Below are positions 63,891 to 64,000 of a stretch of DNA of 64,000 bases, piece after piece (positions within the stretch are counted from its first letter, which is position 1; each line of letters starts with the position of its first letter). Made by a program: the position numbers and the translations under genes. The DNA is from Candidatus Nanoarchaeia archaeon. GTDB taxonomy: Archaea; Nanobdellota; Nanobdellia; SCGC-AAA011-G17; JACPNG01. Below the pieces are notes generated by a model. The model made no database searches, had not been told where the DNA came from, and worked only from the letters and a program-made list of their open reading frames with translations. The stretch is from the NCBI GenBank assembly GCA_028714375.1, contig JAQTMK010000004.1:3608-67607 (forward strand), read 5' to 3'.

Positions 63891-64000
63891 ATAAAAAAGA
63901 AAGGAAAAAACTGAAAGAAGAAAAAGAACATGATAAGAAAGAAGCAAGAGGTGGTGGCAAGAAAGGGTCTAAACGTCTAAGAAGACAAAAAGAATCTCGT
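63887..64000 (+). CDS. Partial ORF, highly basic K/R/E-rich N-terminus, runs off the right window edge
   Basis: ATGA overlap with the upstream gene. MNKKERKKLKEEKEHDKKEARGGGKKGSKRLRRQKESR... is open to the end of the window. Confidence 0.4.
   Translation, partial: MNKKERKKLKEEKEHDKKEARGGGKKGSKRLRRQKESR

Overview
This is a 64-kb, strongly AT-rich, very gene-dense archaeal chromosome fragment. Archaeal identity is supported directly by ribosomal proteins L7Ae, S28e, L24e, S24e, S27ae, S6e and L30e. It is also supported by aIF2-gamma, aIF5B, Spt4, Rpo7, a split rpoH-rpoB2-rpoB1-rpoA1-rpoA2 operon, archaeal NusA, Mre11/Rad50, RNase J and an intron-containing tRNA-Tyr with a C1-G72 pair. Short proteins, 1-4 nt start/stop overlaps and 11-14 nt convergent 3' overlaps suggest a reduced, DPANN-like genome, but that is inference only. 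Core content is pieces of the conserved archaeal translation/transcription supercluster, bacterial-type gyrBA, serS, cysS, a DEAD-box helicase, tsaC and four tRNAs. Accessory content falls into three groups. (i) A ~6.6-kb island lies between rnj and mre11 (34.7-41.3 kb). It holds a nucleotidyltransferase cassette flanked by a 33-nt duplication of the rnj 3' end, four 10-bp-phased TTTAC repeats, a HEPN/NTase pair and an array of short T-loop palindromes. It also holds a tightly coupled three-gene operon ending in a 737-aa GHKL (Bergerat-fold) ATPase, convergent with a beta-class N4/N6 DNA methyltransferase. This operon plus methyltransferase is my best candidate for an undescribed methylation-linked defence system. 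(ii) Two diverged copies of a secreted HExxH metalloprotease transcription unit keep their ~140-nt 5' leaders and terminators conserved although synonymous sites are nearly saturated. A related leader core sits 62-73 nt upstream of the start codon of three further genes. (iii) There are several orphan membrane and coiled-coil operons. I recognised no rRNA, CRISPR array, integrase or transposase.
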